Assembly (NCBI GenBank): GCA_037444125.1
Contig: JBBINA010000004.1
Coordinates: 1,582 to 65,581 of the forward strand
DNA length: 64,000 nt
DNA from: a bacterium
GTDB taxonomy: Bacteria; Patescibacteriota; Minisyncoccia; JBBINA01
Direction: 5' to 3'
A program made the position numbers and the translations under genes. Below the pieces are notes generated by a model. The model worked only from the letters and a program-made list of their open reading frames with translations, was not told where the DNA came from and ran no database searches. Positions 35,728 to 46,717 of the stretch are shown in pieces. Positions within the stretch are counted from its first letter, which is position 1. Every line of letters begins with the position of its first letter.

Positions 35728-37047
35728 TTATTTAGTTAATAAAGTTATTGCTTCGGCGAGAAGGGTTTTAAGTTCCTTTTCCTTCATTAAGATAAGAATT
35801 ATAAAATAAGATACTGCCGAGAAGGTAGCAACTAAAAATATATTTAAGCCTATATTTGATGAATAATAGGCAAAAATTGAAATTAAAATTGCAGAAATTA
35901 GATATTGATAATGGCTTTTAATTTCGAAAAAGTTATTTTTAAGTATAAGATAACTTAAGCGAGCGGTCAAGATTAAATTTACTATTTGCGATAAGACAGT
36001 GCCTATGGCGGCTCCATATAAACTAAATTCTCTTATTAGCATAAAATTTAAGACTAGATTTAGCAGAGCCGAAAAAGCACTAAACTGCAGTTTTTTTAGT
36101 TGCAAATTTAAAGCAAAAAGCAGGGTATCAAGAATTATAATAATAAAAATTAAAGGCACAAGGAACAGCAGTATTTGAAATGAAGTAATACTTTGGGTGT
36201 ATTGTTCCCCGAAAATTACAAGAATCACTTTTTGCGCAGTGACTATTCCCCCCAGTAAAATAGGTATAGCTAGCATTGATGATATTCTGATTAATCTTTT
36301 TACTATATTAATTAATTTTTCCTTTTCCTGAGAGAATTTTGAAAGAATTGGTAACAACACAGTCGTTAGTGTTGCTGGAATAATAAATAAGAAATTAACC
36401 AAGCGGAGTCCAGTAGTATAGAATCCAACCTCATTTGAACCTTTTAGCCAGCCGAGCATAACAATATCTGTACTTGTAAGAATTAATGTTATTATTGGCG
36501 AGATGGCTATTGGTAGAGCTAATTTTGTAATTTTTGCTAATACATCAAGTTTTATATATTTAGCCTTGATTAAGCCATTGATACTTCTTATTGTAATGGG
36601 AAAAGAAACAAGAGTGCCAACTAGGTAAGCATAGATAAGGTATTTGATGCTTGGATTGAATGAGACGAAAGATATACCACTCAGAAAAACGAGTGACGAC
36701 TCGACTAGATTTGCTAAAGCTTCATATTGCATTTTTTGTTGGGCACGAAAAATAGTTATAAAATAGTCTCTAAGGCTTCCAATAATCAAGAAAAATAGTA
36801 AAAGCCAAAAAACATTTCTTGCCTGAGGGTCGTTTAGGTAGGGAAATGTGAATAAGGCAAAGAAAGTTGAGAAAATTATTAATATAAGCTTTAGAAAAAA
36901 ACAAGTTGAGATTAGTTCAGTTTTTTTAAACTCCTTTTTTTGATATTCCCTTATTAAAATACTGGAAATTCCTATATCCGAAAACAAAAATGATAGCCCA
37001 ATAAAAGAAAGCCCGTAAGAAAAAGAACCCAGTAACGATGGCCCCAA
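35728..37047 (-). CDS. Polysaccharide flippase (Wzx/MOP superfamily)
   Basis: About 12 predicted TM helices over 439 aa, inside the glycan locus. Confidence 0.7.
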   Translation of the reverse strand: MGPSLLGSFSYGLSFIGLSFLFSDIGISSILIREYQKKEFKKTELISTCFFLKLILIIFSTFFALFTFPYLNDPQARNVFWLLLFFLIIGSLRDYFITIFRAQQKMQYEALANLVESSLVFLSGISFVSFNPSIKYLIYAYLVGTLVSFPITIRSINGLIKAKYIKLDVLAKITKLALPIAISPIITLILTSTDIVMLGWLKGSNEVGFYTTGLRLVNFLFIIPATLTTVLLPILSKFSQEKEKLINIVKRLIRISSMLAIPILLGGIVTAQKVILVIFGEQYTQSITSFQILLFLVPLIFIIIILDTLLFALNLQLKKLQFSAFSALLNLVLNFMLIREFSLYGAAIGTVLSQIVNLILTARLSYLILKNNFFEIKSHYQYLISAILISIFAYYSSNIGLNIFLVATFSAVSYFIILILMKEKELKTLLAEAITLLTK

Positions 37048-37191
37048 GGTTCTGGCAGCATAAGCAAAAAAAAGAAATTTAAATAACCGGCTAATAGTTT
37101 GACCAGCAAAAAGCCAAAATGTATTCTTAAAGGCAGTTTGCTTAGGTGATAAGTTTTTTAAAAAAAGCGAAAAAATGTTTTTAGATTAATT

Positions 37192-38334
37192 TTATTTTAA
37201 AGAGATTTCTTGGAAAATATTTTTCAATTTTTTTATTGAAGTTTTCCAAGAAAATCTACTTAAATTTTTAAATCCTTCTGCAATTAACCTTTGACGGAGT
37301 TTTTTGTTAGAAGCCAGTAGTTTTAACGATAAAGCAAGCTCTTCGGTGTTATTAGGGTCGAAAAATAAAGCGCCTTTCCCAGCTATTTCACGGAAAGCAG
37401 GGATATTGGAGGCAGCTATTGGAATTCCACAGCTTTGCGCTTCTAAAATAGGCAAGCCGAAGCCTTCATAAAGTGAAGGAAAAATTAAAGCTTCGGCGCC
37501 TTGATATAAGGCGCTTTTTACTTTGTTTGAGATGAAATCAGTTTGAATTACACTTCTATTAAGCCCGAGTTTTTTAATTTCTTCGGCGATGTTGATAAAT
37601 CTTTTATCTATTTTACCGGCAAGGATTAGCTTAAATTCGGGATTTTTTTTTGAAAAAATTTTGAAACTTTCTAGTAGTCTTGGGAGGTTTTTTCTTGGTT
37701 TACTAGCGCCGATATTGAGAAAGAACGGCGTTCCTTTGGTATATTTATTCTTTACTTTTTTGATGAAATCCTGACTTACTTGAGGTAATTTTGGTGTTGC
37801 TCCGTAGATAACCTCGATTTTTTGAGGTTTTATTTGATAAAGCTGTTCTAATTCTTTTTTGGCAAATTTGGAAACAGTTACGATTTTATGAGCAATAATT
37901 TTGGCTGCAATAGTGAAGAGATGCAACCATAATCTTCCTAGAGATTTTCCTTCATTTGAGAAACGTCTGAAAGCGCAATCGTGAATAGTGACTATATTTC
38001 TTTTGCCATATAATATTGGAAAGAGCGGCGTTGGCGAAAAAACAATATCAATTGGCGTTTTTTTAAAAAGGTAAGGAAAAAAGAGTTGTCCTAAAGAATA
38101 ATTAATGAAGCGGCGATTGTAAGGAAAGCAATTCGGCAGTTTAATTATTTCAGCGTTTAAGAATTTCTGGAAGTTAACAAGTTTTAGTTGTGGGTTGGTT
38201 ACAACAATAATCTTCCACTTGTTTGGTGTCTCTTTGGTTTTTGCCATTAATTCAAGCAAAACATTTTCAATATAGACTTCTTGGCCTTGATATCCTGATA
38301 GAGCTAATAAATTAAAAACAATAGTCATAGTCAT
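37192..38334 (-). CDS. Glycosyltransferase family 4
   Basis: IFPSLYEGFGLPILEAQSCGIPIAASN. Confidence 0.8.
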   Translation of the reverse strand: MTMTIVFNLLALSGYQGQEVYIENVLLELMAKTKETPNKWKIIVVTNPQLKLVNFQKFLNAEIIKLPNCFPYNRRFINYSLGQLFFPYLFKKTPIDIVFSPTPLFPILYGKRNIVTIHDCAFRRFSNEGKSLGRLWLHLFTIAAKIIAHKIVTVSKFAKKELEQLYQIKPQKIEVIYGATPKLPQVSQDFIKKVKNKYTKGTPFFLNIGASKPRKNLPRLLESFKIFSKKNPEFKLILAGKIDKRFINIAEEIKKLGLNRSVIQTDFISNKVKSALYQGAEALIFPSLYEGFGLPILEAQSCGIPIAASNIPAFREIAGKGALFFDPNNTEELALSLKLLASNKKLRQRLIAEGFKNLSRFSWKTSIKKLKNIFQEISLK

Positions 38335-38401
38335 AAGGAATTATTTTTGAAAAATCGAATTATTCACTGCTTTTAGCGGAAGTTATGGAAGGACGAATAA
38401 T

Positions 38402-40570
38402 TTAATTTTTTGTCATTAGGCACCAGAAATACGCGCATCTATTAAGTTTAAAATTGTTTTTGGCAAAAAGATCGATTTCGTTTATATAAAACTGACCGAG
38501 TTGCCAGCTAAACACAAGAGCGAATTTTGTTTTTGGGCTATCGAGACATTGAGGAGACATAGTCGTCTTTTTTTCTATATACCATTGGGTTATTCCAGTA
38601 AATCCTAAACCGAAGTTGTTGCGACTAAGACATAATTCACCAGATTGAATTTGTGGTTTTAGTTCTTTTAAAAGGTTGATATCTTGGTGGCCCAAAATCA
38701 GGAGTTTATTATAAAAAAAATCGAGTTTTTTTGAAGTTAAAGTCAATCCGTAACCTAAAATTATTAAACCAACGACAGATAAAATTGGCTTGAAAAATAC
38801 GCTTTTAGTTTTGTTTATTAGGAAATTGTAGGTGGTTGATAAACATATTGCTCCTGTTACGCCGATTATCGGCAAGAGGTATATTACGCCAAAGGGATGC
38901 GTTGACCATTGATAAAAAACTATGAAATTGAGTAGCGGCATTAAAATTAAGGGCAAAATTAGGCGTAAAGAGGCATTGTTCTTTAATTTTTGTAGATAAA
39001 TTAATAAACCACAGGCAGAGATGGTTAAAAATAACCACGTGGCATGAAGTTTAAGTAGCCAATATATTCTTGTAAGCCATGGACCAAAAGCACTGCGCCC
39101 AGTTCTTATCAAAAAAGCGTTTTTAAGCGTATCAAAAACTGAAGGGCCATTAAGTATATAAAAATGAACTAGATTTAATATAAATACAAGAGACATTAAA
39201 ATAGCAGTGAATATAGCTATTTTTATTCTTTCCAGTTTAGATAACTGAGGCGGAGGAAAAAGTATTAAAAGAATTATGATTGCAAGCGGCATAAAATAAT
39301 AAAACCAACCCATTAAGCCGCCAAAGATAATTGATAAATAAAATAATATAAGATAGATAACCTTTCTGTTATAAAGATAAAAAATAAATAAGGAAAAAGA
39401 AAACAGTGCCGATGGCAAGCTAAAAACCGCTAGTTCAAAAGTTTGGCCGTAATAAATAGTTCCAGGCAAAATAGCGAAAATCAAGGTAGCTAAAAACGAT
39501 AATAAAAAATTCCTGAATAATTTTTTAAGCGCAAAAAAGAAAATTATGACACTTAATAACAACATTATAAGTGGTCCTAAACGAGTTGTTGCCTCGCTTT
39601 TACCAAAGAATTTATAGAGAAAACTGGTTGGCAAGAGAAAAAAGCTAGGGTGATTGGTATAAAATGTTATTTTTTCATCAGTTAAGTTATCTATCCATTG
39701 AGGATAGTTGCCAAATTTCATTTTTAGATAGCCATATTTCTGTAAGTTCCATGCGGCTAAACCATTATCTCCGTTTGTATCGGCTGTAACGCTAATAAAG
39801 GGATTAGAAATATATTTTAATGAAAAAGAAAGATTCGCTGTTATTATTATTAGCAGGGCTATTAAAGGCAAGGAGCGTTTTAATAAGAATTGTCTTGAGG
39901 TTGGGTTGCTGATGGCAAGCTTTATAAGAAAAAAAAGGTTTTTTAAGCCGTGTTTGATTGGTAATAGTTTAGAATCGCCTTGACGAGGGTGATAAGGTAT
40001 CTGATATTCGCGAAAACGAAGATACGGTTGTAAAATGGTTTTCAATTTAATTTCTTCAGAGATTGGCATATCGTTGCTGATAAGTTTAATTTTTTTGAGT
40101 AGGTGACGTTTAAATACCCACATTCCTGATTGTGAGTCTTTGAGATTTGTCCCAAAAAGCGCATTGGCGAAGAGAGTTAAAATATAATTGCCTATTTTCC
40201 GAGTAGGGGGGAGCGCTTTGGTATTTTCCAAGGGAAAACGACAGCCCGAAACGAAATCAAGGTTATTCTTAACCAAAAAATCAGTTATTTCTATAATTTT
40301 TTCAGCTGGATATTGACCATCGCCGTCAAGCACGGCTATTATTTCGCCTTTAGCTTCTTTTAGTCCGCGCTTAATGGCATATCCATATCCTTGTTGCGCT
40401 TCAAAAAAAACTTTAGCTCCACAACTCTTAGCGATTTTAGCGGTTTTGTCGTTAGAATTATTATCAACCACAATAATTTCTAAAATATTTTTAGAAGCTG
40501 GAATTGCTTTAATTGTATTTTTTATTGTTTTTTCTTCGTTGTGGCAGGGAATAATAACCGATATTTTCAT
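38402..40570 (-). CDS. GT2 domain (Dpm1-like) fused to a large polytopic membrane domain (ArnT/PMT-like glycosyltransferase candidate)
   Basis: N-terminal KISVIIPCHNEEKTIKNTI...IVVDNNSNDKT...DGDGQYPA, followed by about 480 aa of TM helices. Confidence 0.7.
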   Translation of the reverse strand: MKISVIIPCHNEEKTIKNTIKAIPASKNILEIIVVDNNSNDKTAKIAKSCGAKVFFEAQQGYGYAIKRGLKEAKGEIIAVLDGDGQYPAEKIIEITDFLVKNNLDFVSGCRFPLENTKALPPTRKIGNYILTLFANALFGTNLKDSQSGMWVFKRHLLKKIKLISNDMPISEEIKLKTILQPYLRFREYQIPYHPRQGDSKLLPIKHGLKNLFFLIKLAISNPTSRQFLLKRSLPLIALLIIITANLSFSLKYISNPFISVTADTNGDNGLAAWNLQKYGYLKMKFGNYPQWIDNLTDEKITFYTNHPSFFLLPTSFLYKFFGKSEATTRLGPLIMLLLSVIIFFFALKKLFRNFLLSFLATLIFAILPGTIYYGQTFELAVFSLPSALFSFSLFIFYLYNRKVIYLILFYLSIIFGGLMGWFYYFMPLAIIILLILFPPPQLSKLERIKIAIFTAILMSLVFILNLVHFYILNGPSVFDTLKNAFLIRTGRSAFGPWLTRIYWLLKLHATWLFLTISACGLLIYLQKLKNNASLRLILPLILMPLLNFIVFYQWSTHPFGVIYLLPIIGVTGAICLSTTYNFLINKTKSVFFKPILSVVGLIILGYGLTLTSKKLDFFYNKLLILGHQDINLLKELKPQIQSGELCLSRNNFGLGFTGITQWYIEKKTTMSPQCLDSPKTKFALVFSWQLGQFYINEIDLFAKNNFKLNRCAYFWCLMTKN

Positions 40571-41895
40571 AACAATGTTTTTAAAACGGCACCTAAAGTT
40601 TTAAAAATGATTTCTAGATCAAGAAAAAGGTTGCGGTTTTTAATATAATAGAGGTCGTATTTTGTTTTTTCAATATTATCAGCAAGATTTCTGGCATAAT
40701 GATAATTTATCTGAGCCCAACCAACGATTCCCGGTTTAACAGAATGTCTTAAAGAGTAAAGCATAACTTTATTTTCATATTCTTTAACAATAGAAGGTTG
40801 TTCTGGTCTTGGACCTACGAGTGATAGCTCGCCTTTTAAAAGGTTTAGACATTGAGGTATTTCGTCAAGATGGAGTTTTCTTAGAAAGCGTCCAGCTTTT
40901 GTAATGCGACTATCATTTTCCTCGGTAGTTAATGGTCCTACATTTTGCGCGTTTGATATCATGGTACGGAATTTGTAGATTTGAAAGACTTTTCCTTTAA
41001 AGCCAACTCTATCTTGTTTATAAAAAATGCTCCCGCCATCGTCAAGTTTTATTAATAGAAAAATAGCCGGATATATAATTACCATAACGACAAATCCAAT
41101 TATCCCGCAGAGAAAATCAATAATTGTTTTTATGGTATTGTAAAAGGGTTTTTTTTGAACCAGATCTTTTAGAATGATTTGTGGGGGCGTATGCTCAATT
41201 TCAATTTTTTGGAAAATAAGTTCATAGAACTCAGCGACTGATTGTATAGTAACGGCATAATTCAAAGCTAAATTTTCCAAAATTTTTTGCATATTTTTAG
41301 TCAAAGGTAGGGCGTAGATAATATAGTAAAGACCTATTTTTTCAATAAGTTGAGTTAGTTTATAGATGTCTTGAGATTGAGGTTTAAGTGAGAAAATTTT
41401 TAAAGTTGATGACGTTTTTTTTAGTTCATTTATAATTTTTTGGGTTAAGAGGGTATCATTGTTTTCTATTATGGCAATGGGTTGTATAACTTTCCATCTT
41501 TTGAAAAGTTTTATAATTAGCACCCTACTACCATAAATTAAGAACCATAAGAAAAACGATTGTATAATAAGGAGAGTTTTAGGTGCTATTTTAAAGAAAG
41601 GTATAAGGTAGAAGATTAGTATTGCAAAAAGCAAATAATAGACTATACTATTAAAAGTTATAAGAAATAAGTTGAAATTAAGGCGAAGATAGTAAATTTT
41701 ATAAAGGTCAAGCAATTTGAGAATAATGATAAAAAGTGGCACTAGCAGACTGAAATAGATTAAATGGTTGGTTATATACTCGCTTTCGAAAGCCTGGCGC
41801 CGTAGAATTAAGGCAATAACAAGAGTTATAAAAAAAGCTGCAATATCCGTTATGATTAATAGTGGCAGTGAAAATTTTTTAAGGAAAAAATGCAT
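40567..41895 (-). CDS. Polyprenyl-phosphate sugar-1-phosphate transferase (bacterial sugar transferase, WbaP/CpsE-like)
   Basis: C-terminal KRIIDFLCGIIGFVV...YKFRTM...DEIPQCLNLLKGELSLVGPRP. Confidence 0.8.
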   Translation of the reverse strand: MHFFLKKFSLPLLIITDIAAFFITLVIALILRRQAFESEYITNHLIYFSLLVPLFIIILKLLDLYKIYYLRLNFNLFLITFNSIVYYLLFAILIFYLIPFFKIAPKTLLIIQSFFLWFLIYGSRVLIIKLFKRWKVIQPIAIIENNDTLLTQKIINELKKTSSTLKIFSLKPQSQDIYKLTQLIEKIGLYYIIYALPLTKNMQKILENLALNYAVTIQSVAEFYELIFQKIEIEHTPPQIILKDLVQKKPFYNTIKTIIDFLCGIIGFVVMVIIYPAIFLLIKLDDGGSIFYKQDRVGFKGKVFQIYKFRTMISNAQNVGPLTTEENDSRITKAGRFLRKLHLDEIPQCLNLLKGELSLVGPRPEQPSIVKEYENKVMLYSLRHSVKPGIVGWAQINYHYARNLADNIEKTKYDLYYIKNRNLFLDLEIIFKTLGAVLKTLL

Positions 41896-41920
41896 TTTTA
41901 ATCTTTAAACATAATTTTCT

Positions 41921-43978
41921 ATGATTAGAGAGGAATTGTATAAGAAGGCAGTTGTTTATTTGGTAGGGCTATTATGTTTATTAACTCCTTCAATCGCAAT
42001 ACCGCGATATTTCTTTCCTTTTATATTTCCAAAAATCATTTTTGCCTCTTTTGTTATCCAAGTAATTTTTATTGTTTATCTAGTCTATGTTATAAACCAA
42101 AAAAAACTGGAATTCAATTTAAAAAAAGCAGTTATTTTGTTCTTGTTTTATGTGATTTGGATAATGGTTTCGATATTTTTGGGCGTTGATTCGTACAATA
42201 GTTTGTGGGGCAACGCCGAACGAATGGAAGGTTTTTATTTTTTGTTTAATTTCTTTTTACTTTTTTTAATATTATCTCAAATTTTTTATGAGGAAATCGT
42301 TAGGATTATTATTTTGCGGTTTTTCTTATTTGGTAGCTTGTTGACTTTTATCTACGCCCTTTTGCAATTGGCTAAAGTTAATAGCAGTTTAATTTTGCAA
42401 GACGCTATGCCTTTTTCTTCATCTCTGGGCAATCCGGCGCTTTTTGCCACTTATCTTATTTTCCCTTTTTGGTTTGCTATTTATCTTTGGGTTATTGATA
42501 AAAATAAACAGTGGCGAATTTTTTATATAACTGTAGCCTTATTATCCTTCATATTTGCTTTTTCTACTCAATCAAGGGCTACTTTTTTTGGTATTTTGAT
42601 AGGTTTAGTTGTTTCTGCGGTCCTATTTTCATTTACTTTCTCAAACCGAAATATTCGCAAATATTTGTTCGGTTTTTGTCTGACTGTTTTCTTTTTACTT
42701 GTTTTTACTTTCTTGTTTAGAAATAGCGATTTTATTAAAAAAATACCGATGATTTCGGATATTGCTGCTATTGGATTTAATGATAGAACGACTGCTTCGC
42801 GAATTGTCAGCGCTAAAATTTCATTAGTCGGCCTAAAAGAACGGCCTGTTTTTGGCTGGGGCCACAATAATTTCTTTTATCTTTATGCTAAGTATTATGA
42901 CCCCCAAAATCTAACTAATGATCCTCAGTTTTTTGATAAGCCGCATAATAAATATTTTGAGGTTTTAACAGAAACAGGCATTATTGGTTTAATTTTATAT
43001 TTAGTATTTATAGGCTATTTAATTAAAGTGCTTTGGCGTGATTTATCGCCAGTTACTATTGTAATTTTAGGTATGTTGGTTTCTTATCTTTTTCAAAACA
43101 TTTTTATTTTTGATACGCCCTCAACTTATGTTGGTTTGACGATATTATTAGCTTTGGTAGCTATTTACGATAAAACCTACAAAACTTTGATTTTCCCAAT
43201 TAAAAAAACTACGCAACTAGCTAGTGGTGTTGTTATTGTTTTTTGTGTGGTTTATATTTTATCACTTTTTTATTATTTAGGTATGAACGCTCAATCTATC
43301 AAGATTCTTGCAGTTGTTCCGCAAAAAATTAACGAGCCAAAGATTATTGAGCAAGTCTTAAATAATTTTTTTGGGCGACAGACTTTTTTAAACCGCGAAA
43401 TTTTGATTAACCTAGCTAATCAAATAAGCGTTCAAGTTCAGCCAACTAGTCAGAATGTAGAATCCTTAAAGGCAATATATGAAGAGCTAAAATATGACTT
43501 TGATAAAAGACCGAATAATTATCGTTTGGGTGTAAGTCTTCTTAAAATACTAAGTATGCTTTCCTTAGCTGATAAAGCTTATGCCGATTTATACATTCAA
43601 TATATGCCTAAAGTTATAGAGCTTGCCCCTGGGCGTCCCGAGGGTTACTATGAGAACGGTTTGTTTTTCTTTAGAACAGGTGATATTAATAAAGCCAAAG
43701 AAGAGTATCTTAAGGCAATTAATCTGAATCAAAAGTATGTACCGCCTTTGTGGTATTTGGGGGTTGTTTTGTTCCTTGCTGAGGATTATAATGAATCAAA
43801 AGTTTATCTTGAAAAAGCACTTGAAAAAGGTTTTAATTATAAGAGCACGCAAGGATTAGCAGTTTTAGTTGAACTTTATGTTAAACTAAATGATCTAGAG
43901 AAAGCTGGCAGATACCTTGATGAGGCTAAAAAGTTATTCCCCGAAGCCTTTAAAAACGTGGTTTTGCCGAAAAAGTAA
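41921..43978 (+). CDS. O-antigen ligase / Wzy-like polymerase with C-terminal TPR repeats
   Basis: Polytopic N-terminal region. C-terminal TPR-like KAKEEYLKAINLNQKYVPPLWYLGVVLFLAEDYNESKVYLEKALE. Confidence 0.65.
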   Translation: MIREELYKKAVVYLVGLLCLLTPSIAIPRYFFPFIFPKIIFASFVIQVIFIVYLVYVINQKKLEFNLKKAVILFLFYVIWIMVSIFLGVDSYNSLWGNAERMEGFYFLFNFFLLFLILSQIFYEEIVRIIILRFFLFGSLLTFIYALLQLAKVNSSLILQDAMPFSSSLGNPALFATYLIFPFWFAIYLWVIDKNKQWRIFYITVALLSFIFAFSTQSRATFFGILIGLVVSAVLFSFTFSNRNIRKYLFGFCLTVFFLLVFTFLFRNSDFIKKIPMISDIAAIGFNDRTTASRIVSAKISLVGLKERPVFGWGHNNFFYLYAKYYDPQNLTNDPQFFDKPHNKYFEVLTETGIIGLILYLVFIGYLIKVLWRDLSPVTIVILGMLVSYLFQNIFIFDTPSTYVGLTILLALVAIYDKTYKTLIFPIKKTTQLASGVVIVFCVVYILSLFYYLGMNAQSIKILAVVPQKINEPKIIEQVLNNFFGRQTFLNREILINLANQISVQVQPTSQNVESLKAIYEELKYDFDKRPNNYRLGVSLLKILSMLSLADKAYADLYIQYMPKVIELAPGRPEGYYENGLFFFRTGDINKAKEEYLKAINLNQKYVPPLWYLGVVLFLAEDYNESKVYLEKALEKGFNYKSTQGLAVLVELYVKLNDLEKAGRYLDEAKKLFPEAFKNVVLPKK

Positions 43979-44038
43979 AATCAATACTAAATTTTATATT
44001 TTACTTTGAGATTTAATTTCTAAATTATCAATAAAAAT

Positions 44039-44341
44039 ATGGGATTGTTTTCCAACATATTTACTAAATTTGCAGCCTATAAACTTCAAAAAGAATTAAA
44101 AAAACTTGGCTATTCAGAGAAGGATTTAAATATTGACCCTAAAAAGCTTTCTATTGAGAAGATTCAGAAATTTAAAGCTATTTTTGATAAGTTTTTAGCC
44201 GATAACCCCCATCTTAAACACCTTAAAGACGAGCTTAACAAAGACGACCCTGAATTATTGATAAAACATAAACAGGAAATAGAAAGATGGCTTCAAAAAA
44301 ACCGTAAAGAAATTAAAGCATTACTCGAGGAACTTCGTTGA
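44039..44341 (+). CDS. Small charged helical hypothetical protein
   Basis: ORF only. Overlaps the gatB 3' end by 21 nt. Confidence 0.45.
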   Translation: MGLFSNIFTKFAAYKLQKELKKLGYSEKDLNIDPKKLSIEKIQKFKAIFDKFLADNPHLKHLKDELNKDDPELLIKHKQEIERWLQKNRKEIKALLEELR

Positions 44342-45769
44342 GTTAATGGCTTCTATTAGTTTATGTTTTAAAGCTTTTGGATCAATTTTGCCTCTAGCTA
44401 GTTTCATGCCTTGGCCAATTAAGAACTGCAACACTTTTTCATTGCCGGCTAAATAGCTTTTAACCACTTGACTGTTATTAGTAATAACTTCTTTTACTAT
44501 TTCCTGAATATGAGTTGATGAAGCGCGATTATCAAGTCCGTATTTTTTAATTAAATCAGTGACTTCCAGGCCTTCAAAATATTGATCTTTAATCAGATTT
44601 TTTGCCATAATATTATTTATTTTGTTCAAATGATACAATTCAATTATTTTAAGAAATTCCTCGAGGATGAATTTAGACTTTTTGACTTCACGTTCGTGTA
44701 TTAAATTTAGAAGTATACTTGAGCCAAAGTTGATGGCGCTTTGTATAATTTCTTGAGCTTTGTTTTTAAACATTGTTTGGGCTTTTGCTTCGATTTGTTC
44801 AAAGATTTCTGCCAAATTTTTGTTAGAAAAAATAACTTCAACTATCTGTTCGTTCAAGTTGTATTTAGTTTTGAGGTTATTTTTTATATCTTGAGGCATT
44901 TTTTTGAGGTTCTTTTTAATGCTTTCAATCCATTCGTCAGAGATTACTAGCGGTGGTATATCTGGTTCTCTAAAATAGCGATAGTCATCGGATTCTTCCT
45001 TAACTCTTTGTGGTATCGTTTTTTTAATGTTTTCGTTCCAACCTCTTGTTTCTTGAGCTATTTTTTTATTGTTCTTAATAAGCTGGGTTTGACGTTTAAT
45101 TTCATAGTTGATAGATTCTTTAAGCGATTTAAATGAATTTAGATTTTTTACTTCTACTTTAGTGCCAAGGGTATTATTTTTTTTAGAAAGTGAAATGTTC
45201 GCCTCAAGTCTTAAATGACCTTTTTCCATTGAGGCATCTGATATGTTATTAAAAACCAAAATTTCGCGCATTTTTTTGGCAAATTCAAAAGCTTCTTGGG
45301 CGTTGGTGATATCTGGTTCTGTAACAAGCTCTATTAATGGCACGCCAGCTCGATTATAGTCAACTAGAGAATAGTTATTATGGTGGTAAAGTTTGCCCGT
45401 GTCTTCTTCAATGTGTATGCGTTTAATTCTAATCTTTTTGCCATTTGAAAGGGTTATTTTAGCATTTTTAACAATCGGTTTTTGGTATTGTGAGATTTGA
45501 TAACCTTTAGGTAAGTCAGGGTAAAAATAATGTTTGCGTTCAAAAAAGGTGAAACGTTCAATTTCGCCTTCTAGAAGTAATCCCAAAAGTATTACTTTAT
45601 TGACGGCTTCTTTATTGAGTAGTGGCAATGTTCCTGGGTAACCTAGACAAATAGGGCAAACATTTTTATTAGGTTCTTTTTCATCAGGTTCGTTTAAGCA
45701 GCCGCAGAACATTTTAGTTTTTGTTTTGGCTTCAATGTGAATTTCAAGTCCGATATGGGTAAATAGCAT
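44321..45769 (-). CDS. gatB: Asp-tRNA(Asn)/Glu-tRNA(Gln) amidotransferase subunit B
   Basis: FTHIGLEIHIE...FCGC...CPICLGYPGTLP and the GatB/YqeY C-terminal domain. Confidence 0.9.
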   Translation of the reverse strand: MLFTHIGLEIHIEAKTKTKMFCGCLNEPDEKEPNKNVCPICLGYPGTLPLLNKEAVNKVILLGLLLEGEIERFTFFERKHYFYPDLPKGYQISQYQKPIVKNAKITLSNGKKIRIKRIHIEEDTGKLYHHNNYSLVDYNRAGVPLIELVTEPDITNAQEAFEFAKKMREILVFNNISDASMEKGHLRLEANISLSKKNNTLGTKVEVKNLNSFKSLKESINYEIKRQTQLIKNNKKIAQETRGWNENIKKTIPQRVKEESDDYRYFREPDIPPLVISDEWIESIKKNLKKMPQDIKNNLKTKYNLNEQIVEVIFSNKNLAEIFEQIEAKAQTMFKNKAQEIIQSAINFGSSILLNLIHEREVKKSKFILEEFLKIIELYHLNKINNIMAKNLIKDQYFEGLEVTDLIKKYGLDNRASSTHIQEIVKEVITNNSQVVKSYLAGNEKVLQFLIGQGMKLARGKIDPKALKHKLIEAINSTKFLE

Positions 45770-45795
45770 CTAAAAATTAATAAAACTTAGAGATT

Positions 45796-46695
45796 TTATA
45801 TTTTAAGATATTTCCTCATTGCTAAGTATGTGCTAATAATAGCTAGAAGTATACCAATAATAACTTGAGTTATAAAATACCATAAGAAATGACCTGCATA
45901 TTCCTTGTAAGGATCAAAATCAAATAGTATAAAACTATAACGAAGTGAGATAAATTTTAGGATTACAAGCAGAGTTACTGAGCTTAGTATAGCCGAGATG
46001 ATGGCATATATCACAGCCTCGACAAAAAATGGACCTTGGATGAAAAAATTACTTGCACCGACAAGTCGCATAATTTGTATTTCTTCTCTTAAAGAGTAAA
46101 TGGCTAACCTAATGGTATTGAGCGTTACTAAGACTACCAATATCCCTAAAATTAAAGTTATAATGAAACCGCCTTTTTTTAATGAATCAATAAAAGAAGA
46201 GACTCGATTAATAAGATCTTTATTTTGTGAATAATTAATTTTGTCAATAAGTGCTTTATAGTTTTGTTCGACAAATTCATTAAGCGAGGCCAAAAATGTT
46301 GGATCTTTTGTTTTAACTGTTAGTTGTGATAGGTAAGGATTTTCGCCTTCAAGAACCTCTAGGCTTTGTTCAATAATAGGATTTTGAGATGTGCGCGCTT
46401 CTTCATAGATTTTTTCACGTGGTATATAATCAACGCGTGTAATTTGAGGCATTGATTCGAGGTTTCGTTTAAGTTTTAGCACATCGTCTTCATCAACCGC
46501 TTTTTTTAAAGTAATTGTTAAATCAACTTGAGATTTGAGTTTTTCTACTATTTCCCTGATAAGCACGTTAAATATTAAGAGGCTACTTATAGTGATAAGG
46601 GTAAAACTAGTAATCCAAACTGTCGCTTGTGCAATTGCAAGTGTTCTTATAGTGTTTTGTAGGCCATATTTGATTATTCGTAGAAAAGTAATCAA
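45796..46695 (-). CDS. ftsX: Cell-division ABC transporter permease FtsX
   Basis: Four TM helices, MRLVGASNFFIQGPF, directly downstream of ftsE. Confidence 0.75.
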   Translation of the reverse strand: MITFLRIIKYGLQNTIRTLAIAQATVWITSFTLITISSLLIFNVLIREIVEKLKSQVDLTITLKKAVDEDDVLKLKRNLESMPQITRVDYIPREKIYEEARTSQNPIIEQSLEVLEGENPYLSQLTVKTKDPTFLASLNEFVEQNYKALIDKINYSQNKDLINRVSSFIDSLKKGGFIITLILGILVVLVTLNTIRLAIYSLREEIQIMRLVGASNFFIQGPFFVEAVIYAIISAILSSVTLLVILKFISLRYSFILFDFDPYKEYAGHFLWYFITQVIIGILLAIISTYLAMRKYLKI

Positions 46696-46717
46696 GTTGG
46701 TAAGTTTAAATTAAAAA

